64,000 nt of DNA. Origin: Octopus vulgaris (Eukaryota). The position numbers and the translations under genes are program-made. The stretch lies in the NCBI GenBank assembly GCA_951406725.2, contig OX597823.1, positions 27,466,001-27,530,000 on the forward strand, read 5' to 3'. Position 1 is the stretch's first letter, and each line of letters opens with the position of its first letter. A model generated the notes under the pieces. That model did no database searches, was not told where the DNA came from, and saw only the letters and a program-made list of their open reading frames with translations. Positions 40,420 to 53,335 of the stretch are shown in pieces.

Positions 40420-40845
40420 ATATGGTGCTGGAAAGCCATATGCGTGACAGCAGAATTCAGAAAATGGTTCTCGGAGGATTACTACAACATCAGCAACGCC
40501 AGTTTCTGGCCAATTAAATTCCGCGATTGTAATCTCAAGGTTTACATTCAAAGCGCGGTAGAGAAACACACCAACCGCTCTGCTTAAACCACCAAGACCA
40601 ATTTGGTGGCCAAATCAGGGATGTTTTCGAAGATCTTCTCGGGGACGCAATGAGGAACGCATGCGCCAGGTTCTGTAGCTATCTACATACCGTAATGGAA
40701 GCTAAGAACGATTGTTTAGAGGAAAGTGTTATCTCCCAACCATAATCGATTTGATATTTTCGATTGTTTTTAAATACTTTCAGTGTTGGATGAGACATTG
40801 TTTTCTTTACCTTTTATGCAAACTGTCAAATTTAGCCCAAAGACC

Positions 40846-40850
<5 letters not shown>
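40420..40850 (+). mobile_element. Decayed maT/DD37D-like transposase 3' fragment
   Basis: GAGKPYA*QQNS...FWPIKFRDCN...AVEKHTNR...NACARFCSYLHTVMEA, homologous to the elements at 56643 and 57633. Confidence 0.65.
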
Positions 40851-40888
<38 letters not shown>

Positions 40889-40891
<3 letters not shown>

Positions 40892-42540
40892 TGGCGAAAA
40901 TAAATTTAAGACCGATGATAAAAGTTCTATTTCTTACAAAATATTTTGTTACTAACACCATACAAATCATTTTTATCTTTTACTCTTTATGCAAGATTTA
41001 TTGCTCTTTCGAATGATGCAGACATAACTATTTTTATACAACTTGAAGAATTCTAATACTAAATTGATATAAACGTTTCAAATTTACCGGCAAAATTAGT
41101 TTAAGACTGTATCATTATAAATTTATTTAAAGCTTAAGATTGTAGCAAAAATGAACAGCAAGAACGAAATACATATTAGTACTTTGTGCCGTAGCCTTTA
41201 TTCTTAATAAAGGTTGCACAACGCCTCGGCATTGAATTCGCTAAGTGATTACAAAATTCTATGGGAATGTTTTGCCATATTTCATTGATATAGTCGAATA
41301 ATTGTTTTAAATTAGATGGCTTTTTTAGCATGGACTTTTTTGGAAACATAATTCCACAAGTTCTCGATCGGATTCAGGTCCGGGCTCTGGGAAGGCCATT
41401 AGATTATGTCAGTATTATGGTGATCAAAAACTTCCATAACCTTTTTGGCTTTCTGCACAGGACTATTGTTCTACTGATAAATACCCCGCGGAGGCATTTG
41501 GTGAGTCAAATATGGCACAAAATTATCCTTTAGTAGATTCATATAACCTACACTATTTAGCTTTCCATCAACTTTAACTAGAGGGCCAACACCAAAACTA
41601 CTATATGCCGCCCACACCCCCACACCCCCACACCCCCGCACCCCCACACCCGCTTGCGCCGTCTTTTCCTTGCATTTCGGATGGAATTCCTCGGTTGGGC
41701 GACGTCTGACGTATGTTTTACCATTTGATCAAAATATACAGAAGCGTGACTCGTCACTCCAAAGGACCCTGCACCAATCTTCGGCAGTCCATTGAGCATG
41801 GCTTTTTGCGAACTTAAGGTGTTTGAGTCGGTTATTTTCGGGTATTATTGGCTTTTTCCTAGCAATTCGTCCATGTAGGTCAAATTCTCTCAAATGGTTG
41901 CGGACGGTTTGTGGTGTAAAAATAACACCATTCTCGCTGGGCAATTGTTTACAAATGTCAACGGTTGTCAGCATTTGGTTGTCTTCCGAAAATCGTTGGA
42001 TTCGACGGTCCAACTGCGCTGTCGTTTTTCTTCGGGCGCCAGTCCTTTGCCGATCATTATATTGACCAGTCTCCGAGTATATCTTCCACGCTTGCACGCA
42101 AGCCGTTTTACTGCACTTTAGTTGCTTGCTGATGTTCGAAAAGGAAACTTTTTGCTGGTGGAGTAATACAATTTTTGCTCTCGTGACTGGACTGAGGCTA
42201 CGTTGTTTTTCCATTATTAATCAATTGTATAATAACGTTAAATTATAACACTATATAGTGCAGTTAGGCTAGTTGTATGACAACCCATTTTGGCAAAAAA
42301 ATTTACATACATATTACATGGTCTTAAACTAATTTTGCCGGTAAATTTGAAACGTTTATATTAATTTAGCATTAGAATTCTTCAAGTTGTATAAAAATAA
42401 ACGTTATTGTCTGTATCATTCGAAAGAGCAATAAATTCTGCATAAGGTGTAAAATATAAAAATAATTTGTATGGTGTTAGTAACAAAATATTTTGTAAAA
42501 AATAGAACTTTTATCATCGGTCTTAAATTTATTTTCGCCA

Positions 42541-42543
<3 letters not shown>
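40889..42543 (-). mobile_element. Full-length Tc1 (DD34E) transposon, about 218-bp TIRs, defective transposase at 41176-42214
   Basis: TIRs (ca)ctggcgaaaataaatttaagaccg...aaattagtttaagac at both ends, each flanked by (TA)n. Motifs GARRKTT, ARKKP, VLWSDESRF, WPSQSPDLNPIENLW, SMPRRC...GYGTKY*. Frameshifts, and a stop at the QQDN position. Confidence 0.95.
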
Positions 42544-42612
<69 letters not shown>

Positions 42613-42782
42613 TTTTATGCATATATACATATACGTGTGTGTATATATGTATATATAAACGTATATCCATACATGCATATATACATATATACATACATGC
42701 TTAAATATATATATACACAAATGTGTGTGTGTGTGTATAATTGACATTTATTATTTAAAATTTTATTTTGTATGCAGATATG

Positions 42783-42838
<56 letters not shown>

Positions 42839-42866
42839 TGTATGTATATATATATATATCTATCTT

Positions 42867-42897
<31 letters not shown>

Positions 42898-43328
42898 TCT
42901 TTATATATATGTGTGTGCGTGTATGTATGTATGTATGTATGTATGTATGTATGTATGTATGTATGTATGTATATAAATTTTGTTATAAATTTTGCGAGAA
43001 ATACATTTTCATTTACTTCCATTGTTTACACATAAAAAGAGGATAAAAAATTTTAAAGAGAGCTGCCAGCAAAATACGCAGTTTTTATTTTAAACGCTGG
43101 TCACGTGATTAAATGGAAATTAGCGATGACAAACCACTCAATCAGTCTCAAAATAGTGAGAAGTGAAACAGTGTAGTAGTTATGACAACACAGCTAACTG
43201 CATAACTAAAGATTCATCATTATGATTCAACATTTTGGAAGGTGAAGGTTACTTAGAATATTGTGTTTTCTTTGCCTTTTATGCAATCTGTGAAATTAGC
43301 CCGAACACCCTGAAAATATATGTATGAG

Positions 43329-43725
43329 AGCGGTGAGCTGGCAGAAACGTTAGCACGCCGGGCGAAATGCGTAGCCGTATTTCGTCTGCCGTTACGTTCT
43401 GAGTTCAAATTCCGCCGAGGTCGACTTTGCCTTTCATCCTTTCGGGGTCGATAAATTAAGTACCAGTTACGCCCTGGGGTCGATATAATCGACTTAATCC
43501 GTTTGTCTGTCCATGTTTGTCCTCTCTGTGTTTAGCCCCTTGTGGGTAGTAAAGAAATAGGTATTTCGTCTGTCTTTACGTTCTGAGTTCAAATTCCACC
43601 GAGGTCGACTTTGCCTTTTATCTTTTCGGGGTCGATGAATTAAGTACCAGTTGTATACTGGGGTCGATGTAATCGACTGGCCTCCTCTCCCAAAATTTCG
43701 GGCCTTGTGCCTAGAATAGAAAAGA
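43329..43725 (+). mobile_element. SINE family B, dimeric form
   Basis: Head, duplicated central block and tail aaatttcgggccttgtgcctagaatagaaaagaat. Confidence 0.9.
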
Positions 43726-45364
43726 ATATATATATGTATGCATGCAGGCATGTATATATGTATGTATGCATGCATGCATGCAGGCATGTATGTATGTATG
43801 TATGTATGTATGTATGTATGTATGTATGTATGTATGTATGTATGTATGTATGTATGTATGTATGCATGTATGTATGTATGTGGGGAAAGCTTGGTCTGCA
43901 ATGTTTGCAGTCGTGTGTGCTTGTCAAGAGCAGGGCTCATTAGCCACCAACGGAGCCGCAAATGCAAAATATAAGTTAGTCCTAGAGCGCACAATGTTCC
44001 TGAAGGTCGGCAATGGTCTTCCTCGGTCACGAGTGGACGGCCATCATCATGTATGTATGTATGTATTATGTATGTATGTATGTATGTATTATGTATGTAT
44101 GTATGTATGTATGTATGTATGTATGTATGTATGTATGTATGTATGTATGTATGTATGTATGTATGTATGTACGTGTATGTGTTATATCGGAGGTACATGT
44201 AACTTTCGTATTTCATGTCGTCGGCTTAATAATTGAAAAAAAAATTGGCCCAGGCTATATTTTACTCAATAGCATCACCTGATAGAATCTGTTTAGACAT
44301 TTTAATATTTCGTATTGTGGTATCATGGGCCCATTCATGTAGGAAGTTGTTGCAGGCTGTGAGTGTCTCAGTACGTCTGAAATCCCTTGAAGAAATTTGT
44401 TCTATCGTTTGAAGGTGATGAGATCTTTTTCTTTTTTAATTTGTTTTAGGATAATATTAAATAGAGTTGGACATATCGTGGAAAAGAAATTATGTTGTAC
44501 TGTAGCTATGTGTTCTTATGTGAGCCTAAATTGTGTAGGGGGTGCATGGCATTTGGTCCCAGCCTTGGATGAATTCTGAATTGATGTCACGGTCGTTAGG
44601 GTAATGCTGGTGGTATATTCATTTGAATGATGGTTGTGGTATGGGGTGGCCACATGGGGCAGCTGTACTCTGGGTGAAGCCGTGCAAAAAGAAGAGAAAT
44701 GGGGAATGATAACATCTTGCTTTCTGAAGAGGAAGGTTCTGAGGATCCAGACGTTCATCGCGCGAGTTGTATCGACTTTATAGCATGCAGCTAAGACTAA
44801 ATTTCTCTTTATTCCTATCTATTGAGAATCATCTGCGAATATATTTTTTATTTTGTTGTGACTGATGACGCTTGAAATGTCGTTTGTATTGACTGTAAAG
44901 AGAAGCGGTTCCAGAATAGGACATTGTAAAAAAAAAAATGAATAATTTAAAAGTGAGAAAGTGGAATAATTGAAAACCGGATCAAGTTAAACTGAAGAAG
45001 TAAAGGATTAAGGATTAACTGTTTCAAGATTGTGATAGGAAATAGAAGTGGAGGTGATCCCATTGAACATGAACCGTGGAGATTTAGAAGAAAATTTTGA
45101 GTAAAGATGGTGTTTAGAAAAGGCAAATATTTTGCAATCACACCGTATTTGATTAAAAGATCGGTTAAAGCCTCGAGAAAATATTTAGATATATTTATAT
45201 TAATTTCATTATAATAACAACATAACAACAATATATTGTTTTTCGTTGCATTATTTTATATATGTATATTATATTTACAGCATATCGACAACATAATCAT
45301 ACATATCGTAGAAAATGTGTTAATCTTAAAACAAACATTTCCCATTGATTTTTTTTTTTTCCAG

Positions 45365-45677
45365 ACGCCAAGACGAATTTAATGAAGAAAGCAAGCAGAA
45401 GCAATCTTTCAGAGGCATGACCAGTAACCGTAATTACCGTACTTTGGCATCACCAACCAGTTCCGGTATTAATGAGCGTGCAAGCAGTACTGAATGCTGC
45501 AACAGCGCTGCTAACAAAACTGGTTGTGGAAGCGGTAACTGCGTTAGTGGCGGTGCATGTAAAAAAGACTCTACTCAAACGCAGACTCCTGATCATAAGA
45601 AGTCACCCCGCCCATGCCCTGTACTGAAACGCATGCCCAAAGAGCAAAGTGCTGAAGTGTTACATAAACGTAGGCAG
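45365..45677 (+). CDS. Same GPCR, exon encoding most of intracellular loop 3
   Basis: Long poly-T tract then ccag|A. Phase 2 matches the upstream donor (AG+A = Arg). The frame is open to ...EVLHKRRQ|gtaatg, and this basic end joins VIKML of the next exon (typical ICL3/TM6 junction). Confidence 0.82.
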
Positions 45678-45947
45678 GTAATGTTATATCTTATCAAGTT
45701 TCTTAAATCATTAGTCAAGAAATATGTTTTATTTCAACTGTGATTGACAGAGGACATAAGAATGATGAGTTCCTAAATGATGATGGATCTTCAATATTGT
45801 AGATATTTGTGACGGATATGAGTATGGTGTTCAAGATGAGGCTTGAAATTAAAGGACAGAGATTGTTGGGAAGTTTCGGATGAATAGATTGCTTGTGTAC
45901 ATTTACAATTAGTGAAATACTTATGGATCGTAAAGTTTTGTTGCTCA

Positions 45948-46035
<88 letters not shown>

Positions 46036-46379
46036 GTGTGTGCGTGTAGGCGTGTATGTGTGTGTATATGTGTACGTATGCATGCATATCTGTGCAGCGT
46101 AATATCAAAAGCAAAGCCAACAACCAACAGCATATAAGAATGATGCTGGATTTTTTTAAATGATGCTCTTAAAGTTATCTTATTTAAGGAGAAGCCGATG
46201 CGTGGAGTCATGAAAGTAAGAGGAAATCTAGCCAAATGAGAAGTAATCATGGCTGCAGTTTGTAAAATGAAAGTCAATTTGGAGAGGATTGGCACAAAAA
46301 GGCAGTCGTTAAATTCATTGCGGCCAGTTTAGCTTGTATAATTAAATACCAAAGAATGGTTAGTGGTAGTGGTTAGTGG

Positions 46380-46520
46380 TTGCCTTTGCACAGCTTCTAA
46401 CGCTGGAAATGTACTACGGTGCCAGCTGTTGATTACCAGTGAACTGAGGTAACACCCCTTATTTTTCGAGGACCTTCCAGAGTATTCGAGCGGTTCCAAG
46501 CAGTGCTCTTTTCTGCAAAA
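46380..46520 (-). mobile_element. R4/Dong-like LINE 3' end fragment
   Basis: Near-identical to 47283-47413; minus strand encodes LQKRALLGTARILWKVLEK*. Confidence 0.75.
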
Positions 46521-47057
46521 CATACGAAACTCAATATCACTGATTTTGCCTTAGCCTGAAGTGACGAATTCTACAACTCCCTTCTCTCGATATAATTTGG
46601 AGATAAATGTAATAATCGGATAATTTTAAATTTGCTTTGTTTACAGCGATTACAGGATTATCATTAACAAGCTGGTCTTTTACTCAAAGGAAGAGACTAC
46701 ATCTTTAGAGAGGAGAATGAAATCTAAGGAAACTGAAATTGCCGCTTATGTAATCATTGAGTATTTTCCACTCTCTGATTACATAGGTGGCACTTCAACA
46801 TACTATAGCAGTTTCTCAAATGTTAGCTCAGAGTGAATGCAAGCAAAGTGATATGGTCTGTTTTAATTTACACTGGTTGCTTTGTTAAACAAGATATAGG
46901 ATACTACAGTTCAGTGAAACAATTATGTAACAGAATAATTTCTTATCAACTTGGTAAACTATGAATTCTATAGGACTTTGGCATCCAGACAAAAACAGAA
47001 CAATTGAACGCCAGAGACCAGATATCATATATTACATAATAAAAGAGAGAATGCGAC

Positions 47058-47146
<89 letters not shown>

Positions 47147-47223
47147 AAGAAGAAGAAGAAGAAGAAGAAGAAGAAGAAGAAGAAGAAAAAGAAGAATTAT
47201 CATTATTATTATTATTATTATTA

Positions 47224-47282
<59 letters not shown>
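47058..47282. repeat. Compound (TAA)n(GAA)n(TTA)n microsatellite
   Basis: Direct reading. Confidence 0.95.
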
Positions 47283-47285
<3 letters not shown>

Positions 47286-47462
47286 GCCTTTGCACAGCTT
47301 CTAACGCTGGAAATGTACTACGGTGTCAGCTGTTCATTACTAAGGTAACACCCCTTATTTTTCGAGCACCTTCCAGAGTATTCGAGCGGTTCCCAGCAGT
47401 GCTGTTTTCTGCAAGTGCTCCATCCTTATTGCAGCCCCTATTTGTTCCATGTACTTCTCAAG
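47283..47462 (-). mobile_element. R4/Dong-like LINE 3' end abutting a TAA array
   Basis: KYMEQIGAAIRMEHLQKTALLGTARILWKVLEK* plus short 3' UTR running into (TAA)n on the minus strand. Confidence 0.8.
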
Positions 47463-47981
47463 ATTTTTACTCAGTTATGATTATTATTATTATTAATATT
47501 ATTATTATTATTATTGTTGTTGTTGTTGTTGTTATTAATATTATCATCATTATCATTATTATTACTATAACAAGGCTCAAGTGATTTTTCGAGTTCAGGA
47601 TGGGAGCAGGAGACTAAAATGACTTAGAGATGGTGTGAGCGACTGTAAGACGTTAAATGTAGCTGAGAAAACTGAAATCTTTCAATTTCAAAACGAAAAT
47701 TCTTTAACTTTTATTTCACTTACTGGATCATAAAACGAAAAATTACCGAATATATTTAATTGTACACACAAACACACACACACACACACACACATACACA
47801 CATACACAAACACACAGTAATATGTATATTAAAATGGTAAATAATGTGAGAGAAATTATCTTCCAAGAATACAATTCTAAATTTCAAATAGTTAAGAATT
47901 TAAAATTTATTAATTTACATTTATGTATGTATGTACGTATTGGCGTGCGTGTGAGCGTGTGCCTGTGTATGTACGTTTGTG

Positions 47982-48085
<104 letters not shown>

Positions 48086-48383
48086 CGTGCGTGTTTACAC
48101 ATTTCTAAAATTTATACAAAATTCGTGTAAAACCCTTGTGGCATGCCATGCAAAAATCGTCCACAATTATTGGCCACTCGATGTCATCATACAGTGCAAA
48201 TGTACTTGATACTGTATATATACATCAGAAATTCCGTAGTATCCGTGGAGTTTATATCAATAGCAGAATAAGCGAAAACGGATTGAAGGGCATTCTTTCA
48301 TTAGAATCACTACAATTGTTTCCACACATTCTTAAACCTAATTATTAAACATAGCTAGTCCTGGTATATCTTGATATCACATC

Positions 48384-48427
<44 letters not shown>

Positions 48428-49206
48428 AAATTAATAATAAATATATAAAATTTTAAATTAATAATAAAAGGGTAAAATTTATCAATTAAATTAATTAATA
48501 ATTTTACCAATTAAATCTGTACGTTAAAATAACCTTTATAGGTAACATTATGCAAATATTTTATAATTATAATTAGGGGGTCAGCTAATTACTTCACCAT
48601 ATACCGAATTTAGAAATAGGAGTTAAAAATTCTTTTTCTACTACTGAAAGAATCTCCATGACAGTAACATACTTTTTTACGTAAGCAAAGAGAAAAACAA
48701 TGAATCAACACGACCAGGATTAACTACATACGCGTTTCGAGATTAAAGTGTTTAATTTATAAAATTTGAAAGTGCTAGGGTTAAATATGCACACGATCGA
48801 GCGACATCATGTAACAGATATCCAACTAACACTTCCAAAATTTACACAGCCGAATATGAATACACTATATGACAATCCTAACCCTAACCCTAAAACCTTA
48901 AAACCAGTACAAACGCACGAACGATGTCATAAAAAACAGTGACAAACGAAAAGTACGCCGCCGATAGTTGTTGTTGACAAACAACGGCAGTAATTTTATT
49001 CAGCTGAATACATGTCATTGATTGGTTGAAATTACCGAAAAACGAGAACTTGAACGTGAAATATCTTCGAAAATATAAGTTTTTCTCAAAAATGCTGAGA
49101 GTAAAACATGTTTTATATATCTACCAGTGTCCGAAGTTTGAAAGTGTTTAGTTACAAAAAATATTTTTTTGAATCTGTAGGTAAAGAACCGAAATTGTAA
49201 AATGCA

Positions 49207-49300
<94 letters not shown>

Positions 49301-51430
49301 CGTGTGTAATTGCGTTTGCAAATTGCTGAAAATAGCACACACTACTTAGGGTATTCATTGTCATACAGAGTGAAATGAAGGATTTATTTTAAATAATCAC
49401 CTGAGGAAACACATTTTGAAGCTTTGATAGATGATTGTGATTACACAGTATGTCAATTATATTATCTCCCCATGGTACTACGAGTGTAAAAAATGTGTCG
49501 AAACAATAGTAGTAGTTTGAGTTCAATTTATTTTCGCTTATTCATCTATTTATATAAGCTCTACTGATACTATATAATTCCTGGTGTACAACCAGTAACA
49601 AGAGCATTCTTACTGTATGATGGCATCAGGTAGCCAATAAGTGCGGACGAGCTTTGCATGGCATGCTACAGGGTTATTACCCAAATTTTATTTAACGCCT
49701 GCGTGCGTGTGTGTGTGTGTGTGTGTTGTCTTTGTGCGTGTGTATGTGTGTATTGGTTTGGGGGGTTGAAATGCACGTGAGTCTTAAAACGAGTTGTAGG
49801 TTTTAAATTTTCTGAGAATTTATCACAATATCATACTGAATTGAACAAATTTTTTGCTTTCCAACGGTAAATATAAAAAGATTTCAAAGAAATTGAAAGT
49901 AGAGTAGATAATTCGATAAACCATGCTTAAAATATCCAACGTTCGTACAAATGTAAATATTCATCAAATCTCATAGTAAAATAAAATCATAAAAGTGCAA
50001 ATATTCAAAGAATTTCATAACAATAGTGCATGATTGAGAGTTTTAAAGGCGAAGTTATATTAACAATTAGATAGAATGGAGTTTTTTAAGAAGTAAGAAA
50101 AGGCATAGAAAAACGGATTTTTTACAATTTCTATCGCAGAACATGAAGAAGAAATTTTCGTCTTTGATTTTGCTGGTGAGAACTTAGACAATTTTTTAAG
50201 ATGAAACCAAGTCTTGATTGATTATAAACTCAGTGACGTCACTTATTTTCGTCCACCAATGGCCTAGAGTTTGGGAAGGCTGAGTGTCTGAATACGTCGT
50301 TTGTTTTCGGATATTCTGGTCACATATTTTGATTTGGCAGTAATCCAGCTTTCTGGATTACTGGCAAATCAAAACATGGATTACTGATGATGTCACTTGT
50401 TTATCAACAGTTTTGATCGCGTTTTTGACCAATACTTGCCCAGTGTCCTGGTTGGTTGATTTTCTGCAAGCCTTATTTATTTATCAAGTGTGTTGGTCAC
50501 TTGTTTTGCTTGATAGACGCCAGTGTTCTCGTGGGTGATTCACTTGTTTTACTGATGTCTCGGTCACCTGAATGCTTATTTCTTTTCAACTGCATGTCTG
50601 ATTTTGACTAGAAATTTAATCAGTTAATCCTAAGTTGTCATCAGCAAATAGTGCTGAAAAAATGTGCAAGGTGCAATTGTACAGTTGTTTGGGATTAGGG
50701 TTTCGAATCCCGGAACAAGCCCATTCCTTAAACTTTTGATCTATTCTAGTCATTGTTTCCTGTCATTTTTACGTGGGTTGCATAAACCGAGTTTTTTTTT
50801 TCTTTTTATTGCGCTGTTATAGATTATTCAGTTGTGGTTTATATTTCTTAATAAACATATTTTCCTTATTCAATCAGAATGAAAAGTTGGTATTTAAAAT
50901 GTTTGTTCGTTGGGCATAAATTCACATGTTTACCCACGGGTATATTACTAGTCATGAGCTCTCGAATTCCTTATCTGTCTACCGTCATTCTGACCTTCAG
51001 AGTTAAACACGTTTGTTCTGTGTAGTCCCCACCACACAACCTGCATTCGATAGCATAACTTACATTTCTCGATACCCAGGTGCATCCTTGTACACATTTT
51101 ATGATGGACGTTTGCCCTGACTTGACTTCATATGTCGAACTTTCCATGAGGTAGATGCAGATTCTGCGACTAGGGCAGTTACATTTTATCCCTGTTGGGG
51201 TTGTATTTTGGGTGGGTACTATATTTTAATAAATTTGTCCAAGTATTTAAAAACTACAATTCGTTTTAAAACTCAGCTGTAGTTTCAACCCCAGCTGTCC
51301 GATTTTCTTTCATGCGTGAAAATAAACTTCTTCTTTTCTCCGCACCACCGCACGCGCGCACACGCATACACACACGCGCGCGCAGACACTCACTCGGAGT
51401 GGGGGAAGACAGGTAAGCAAACAGACATAC

Positions 51431-51505
<75 letters not shown>

Positions 51506-51524
51506 AGCTCCTTGCGTTTCGTTT

Positions 51525-51916
51525 AATCTTTATATATAAAAGAGAGGTTGTTTGATGTCTGTCTCCTACGATTTAGATTCCTGACTACTCCCACATTTTG
51601 CGGTGCAGTTTAACCAAAACCGGGTATCTTATAGTCGTGATTCATATCGAGCCCTTCTGGGTATTATCTCGTGTCTACGATTTAAAAAAAAAATTACCAT
51701 CAATTTTTCCCATTTTTAATGCATTTTTGGCATATATAGGGGAAGTAACTCTCTAAAAATTTTTTGTTAAATCTCAGAACGTAAAAAGCTACAGTAACAC
51801 CCCCCCCCCCTTTGTGGTTAAAAATATTGAGATGGCTATTATACTTCACATCTCTAAAAATGCTTATATAGTCATTTCCCTTACAAACCCGAGCAACGCC
51901 GGGCGATACTGCTAGT
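51525..51916 (-). mobile_element. Helitron/Helentron-like non-autonomous element (family of 25738)
   Basis: atttcccttacaaacccgagcaacgccgggcgatactgctagt is the reverse complement of the 25738 5' end. Confidence 0.7.
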
Positions 51917-51988
51917 CTATTATAAATGCAGAATTGTAAACGAAAATTGTTTTTTTCATTCTTAGCCTTTTTTCTCGTCTCGTTTCAG

Positions 51989-52114
51989 GTTATCAAAATG
52001 CTCCTTGCAATTATTTTGATCTTTTTGCTATGTTGGGGCCCAAAGTTGCTATTCCGACTAATGAGACGCGTTGATACCGCTCCATATTTCACAAGTCAAA
52101 GTTTATTCATCAAG
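51989..52114 (+). CDS. Same GPCR, TM6/ECL3 exon
   Basis: Acceptor tttcag|GTT, 126 nt (42 codons) VIKMLLAIILIFLLCWGPKLLFRLMRR...FIK, donor AAG|gtaaga. Contains the FxxCWxP TM6 motif; phase 0 matches the previous exon. Confidence 0.9.
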
Positions 52115-52441
52115 GTAAGATATATATATCACATGTTTCATAGACGTAAACGTCAACAGATTTAATTCTATATTTGTTCTCGATATGATATGTATTAACA
52201 TCTACCGCGGACAGTATACATTTGTCGAGGGTGTGTGTTATGTGTACGTATTATAATTAAGTCGGTATTTAAGGAGCGAAACGTTAGAAAATGCCTATCT
52301 AAAATTAATAATGCGGTGAGACAAACAGACAGACAGACAGGCAATTCTCCGCATTAAATATGTTAATATATTTAATGTGGAAACTGTTAAAAAGCTAACT
52401 AAAACTCACTATGCGATGAGTACAACGCGATATTAATGCAT

Positions 52442-52709
52442 GCCTCCGGCAGGGGATGGTGGTGATCCCTGCTGTACTCTTTCACCACAACTTTCTCTCA
52501 CTATTACTTCCTGTTTCTGTTGTACCTATATGTCAACGGGTCAGCCTTGTCACTCTCTGTGTCACGCTGAATATCCCCGAGAACTACGTTAAGGGTGCAC
52601 GTGTCTGTGGAGTGCTCAGCCACTTACACGTTAATTTCACGTGCAGGCTGTTCCGTTGATTCGGATCAACCGGAACCCTCATCGTCGTAACCGACGGAGT
52701 GCTTCCAAA
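52442..52709 (+). mobile_element. 5'-truncated SINE family C flanked by a 74-bp direct repeat
   Basis: Body matches 63105-63150 and 62005-62168; flanks 52368-52441 and 52710-52783 differ at 3 positions. Confidence 0.88.
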
Positions 52710-52894
52710 ATATTTAATATGGAAAATGTTAAAAAGCTAACTAAAACTCACTATGCGATGAGTACAACGCGATATTGATGCATTCCTGTATGACTAGGAA
52801 GGTCTTTTTGCAATCACGTGATTTCCGGTTCAGTCCCATTTGCTTAGCACACTGGCAAGCGTCCGCTACTACATATATAAATATATATATGGTG

Positions 52895-53335
52895 TCCCAA
52901 TCAATTCGTCGCCGGCAATTTCTTGTCTTTTAATTTGTCCCCAGTTACTTCATCGTTGGTCAATTCGTCCCCAGGTCAATTCGTTGTCAATCAACTCGTC
53001 GAGATCATAGGAAAAATGGAAGAACGAATATCTGAATTAAAAAACGTTTATTTTAAGGTTTGCTGTATCACATATTTATTTTTTCTTAAAATTTAAGATG
53101 GTGTGCAATTGCTTTTAAAAAAGATATTTTTTCGGCTTGGGTCATATTTTTCCATGACATTTTTATGGGCAGGTTCATATCTGTATTTTTTTTCCTTTTG
53201 CTTGATTCTTCTTCTATAAATTTCTGCAATTTGGTACTGGTAAATCTTTCCTCGCATTTAATCACATCAATAAGTTTTCAAACATTTGGATGGCTAATAT
53301 TTACTGTGATTTTTAGCACGCTGTGGTAAGAAATA
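52895..53335 (-). mobile_element. MULE-like transposon 3' end (subterminal repeat array and transposase C-terminus)
   Basis: Array of caattcgtc(g/c)cc units at 52900-53002; minus strand HSVLKITVNISHPNV*KLIDVIKCE resembles the MULE HPNxWxLIxxLKxE motif. Confidence 0.6.

Noticed and set aside
44860-44885. CTGATGA...GAAATGTC as a hammerhead
   Set aside because: No stem II and no stem I pairing; could arise by chance.
44900-45231. PLE RT remnant (SMGSP) or an extra GPCR exon
   Set aside because: Minus strand, one weak motif, no splice support.
46961-47584. 207-aa poly-N/K/Y ORF
   Set aside because: Translation of trinucleotide repeats.
48877-48893. Telomere
   Set aside because: Only about 3 CCCTAA units inside a dispersed repeat.
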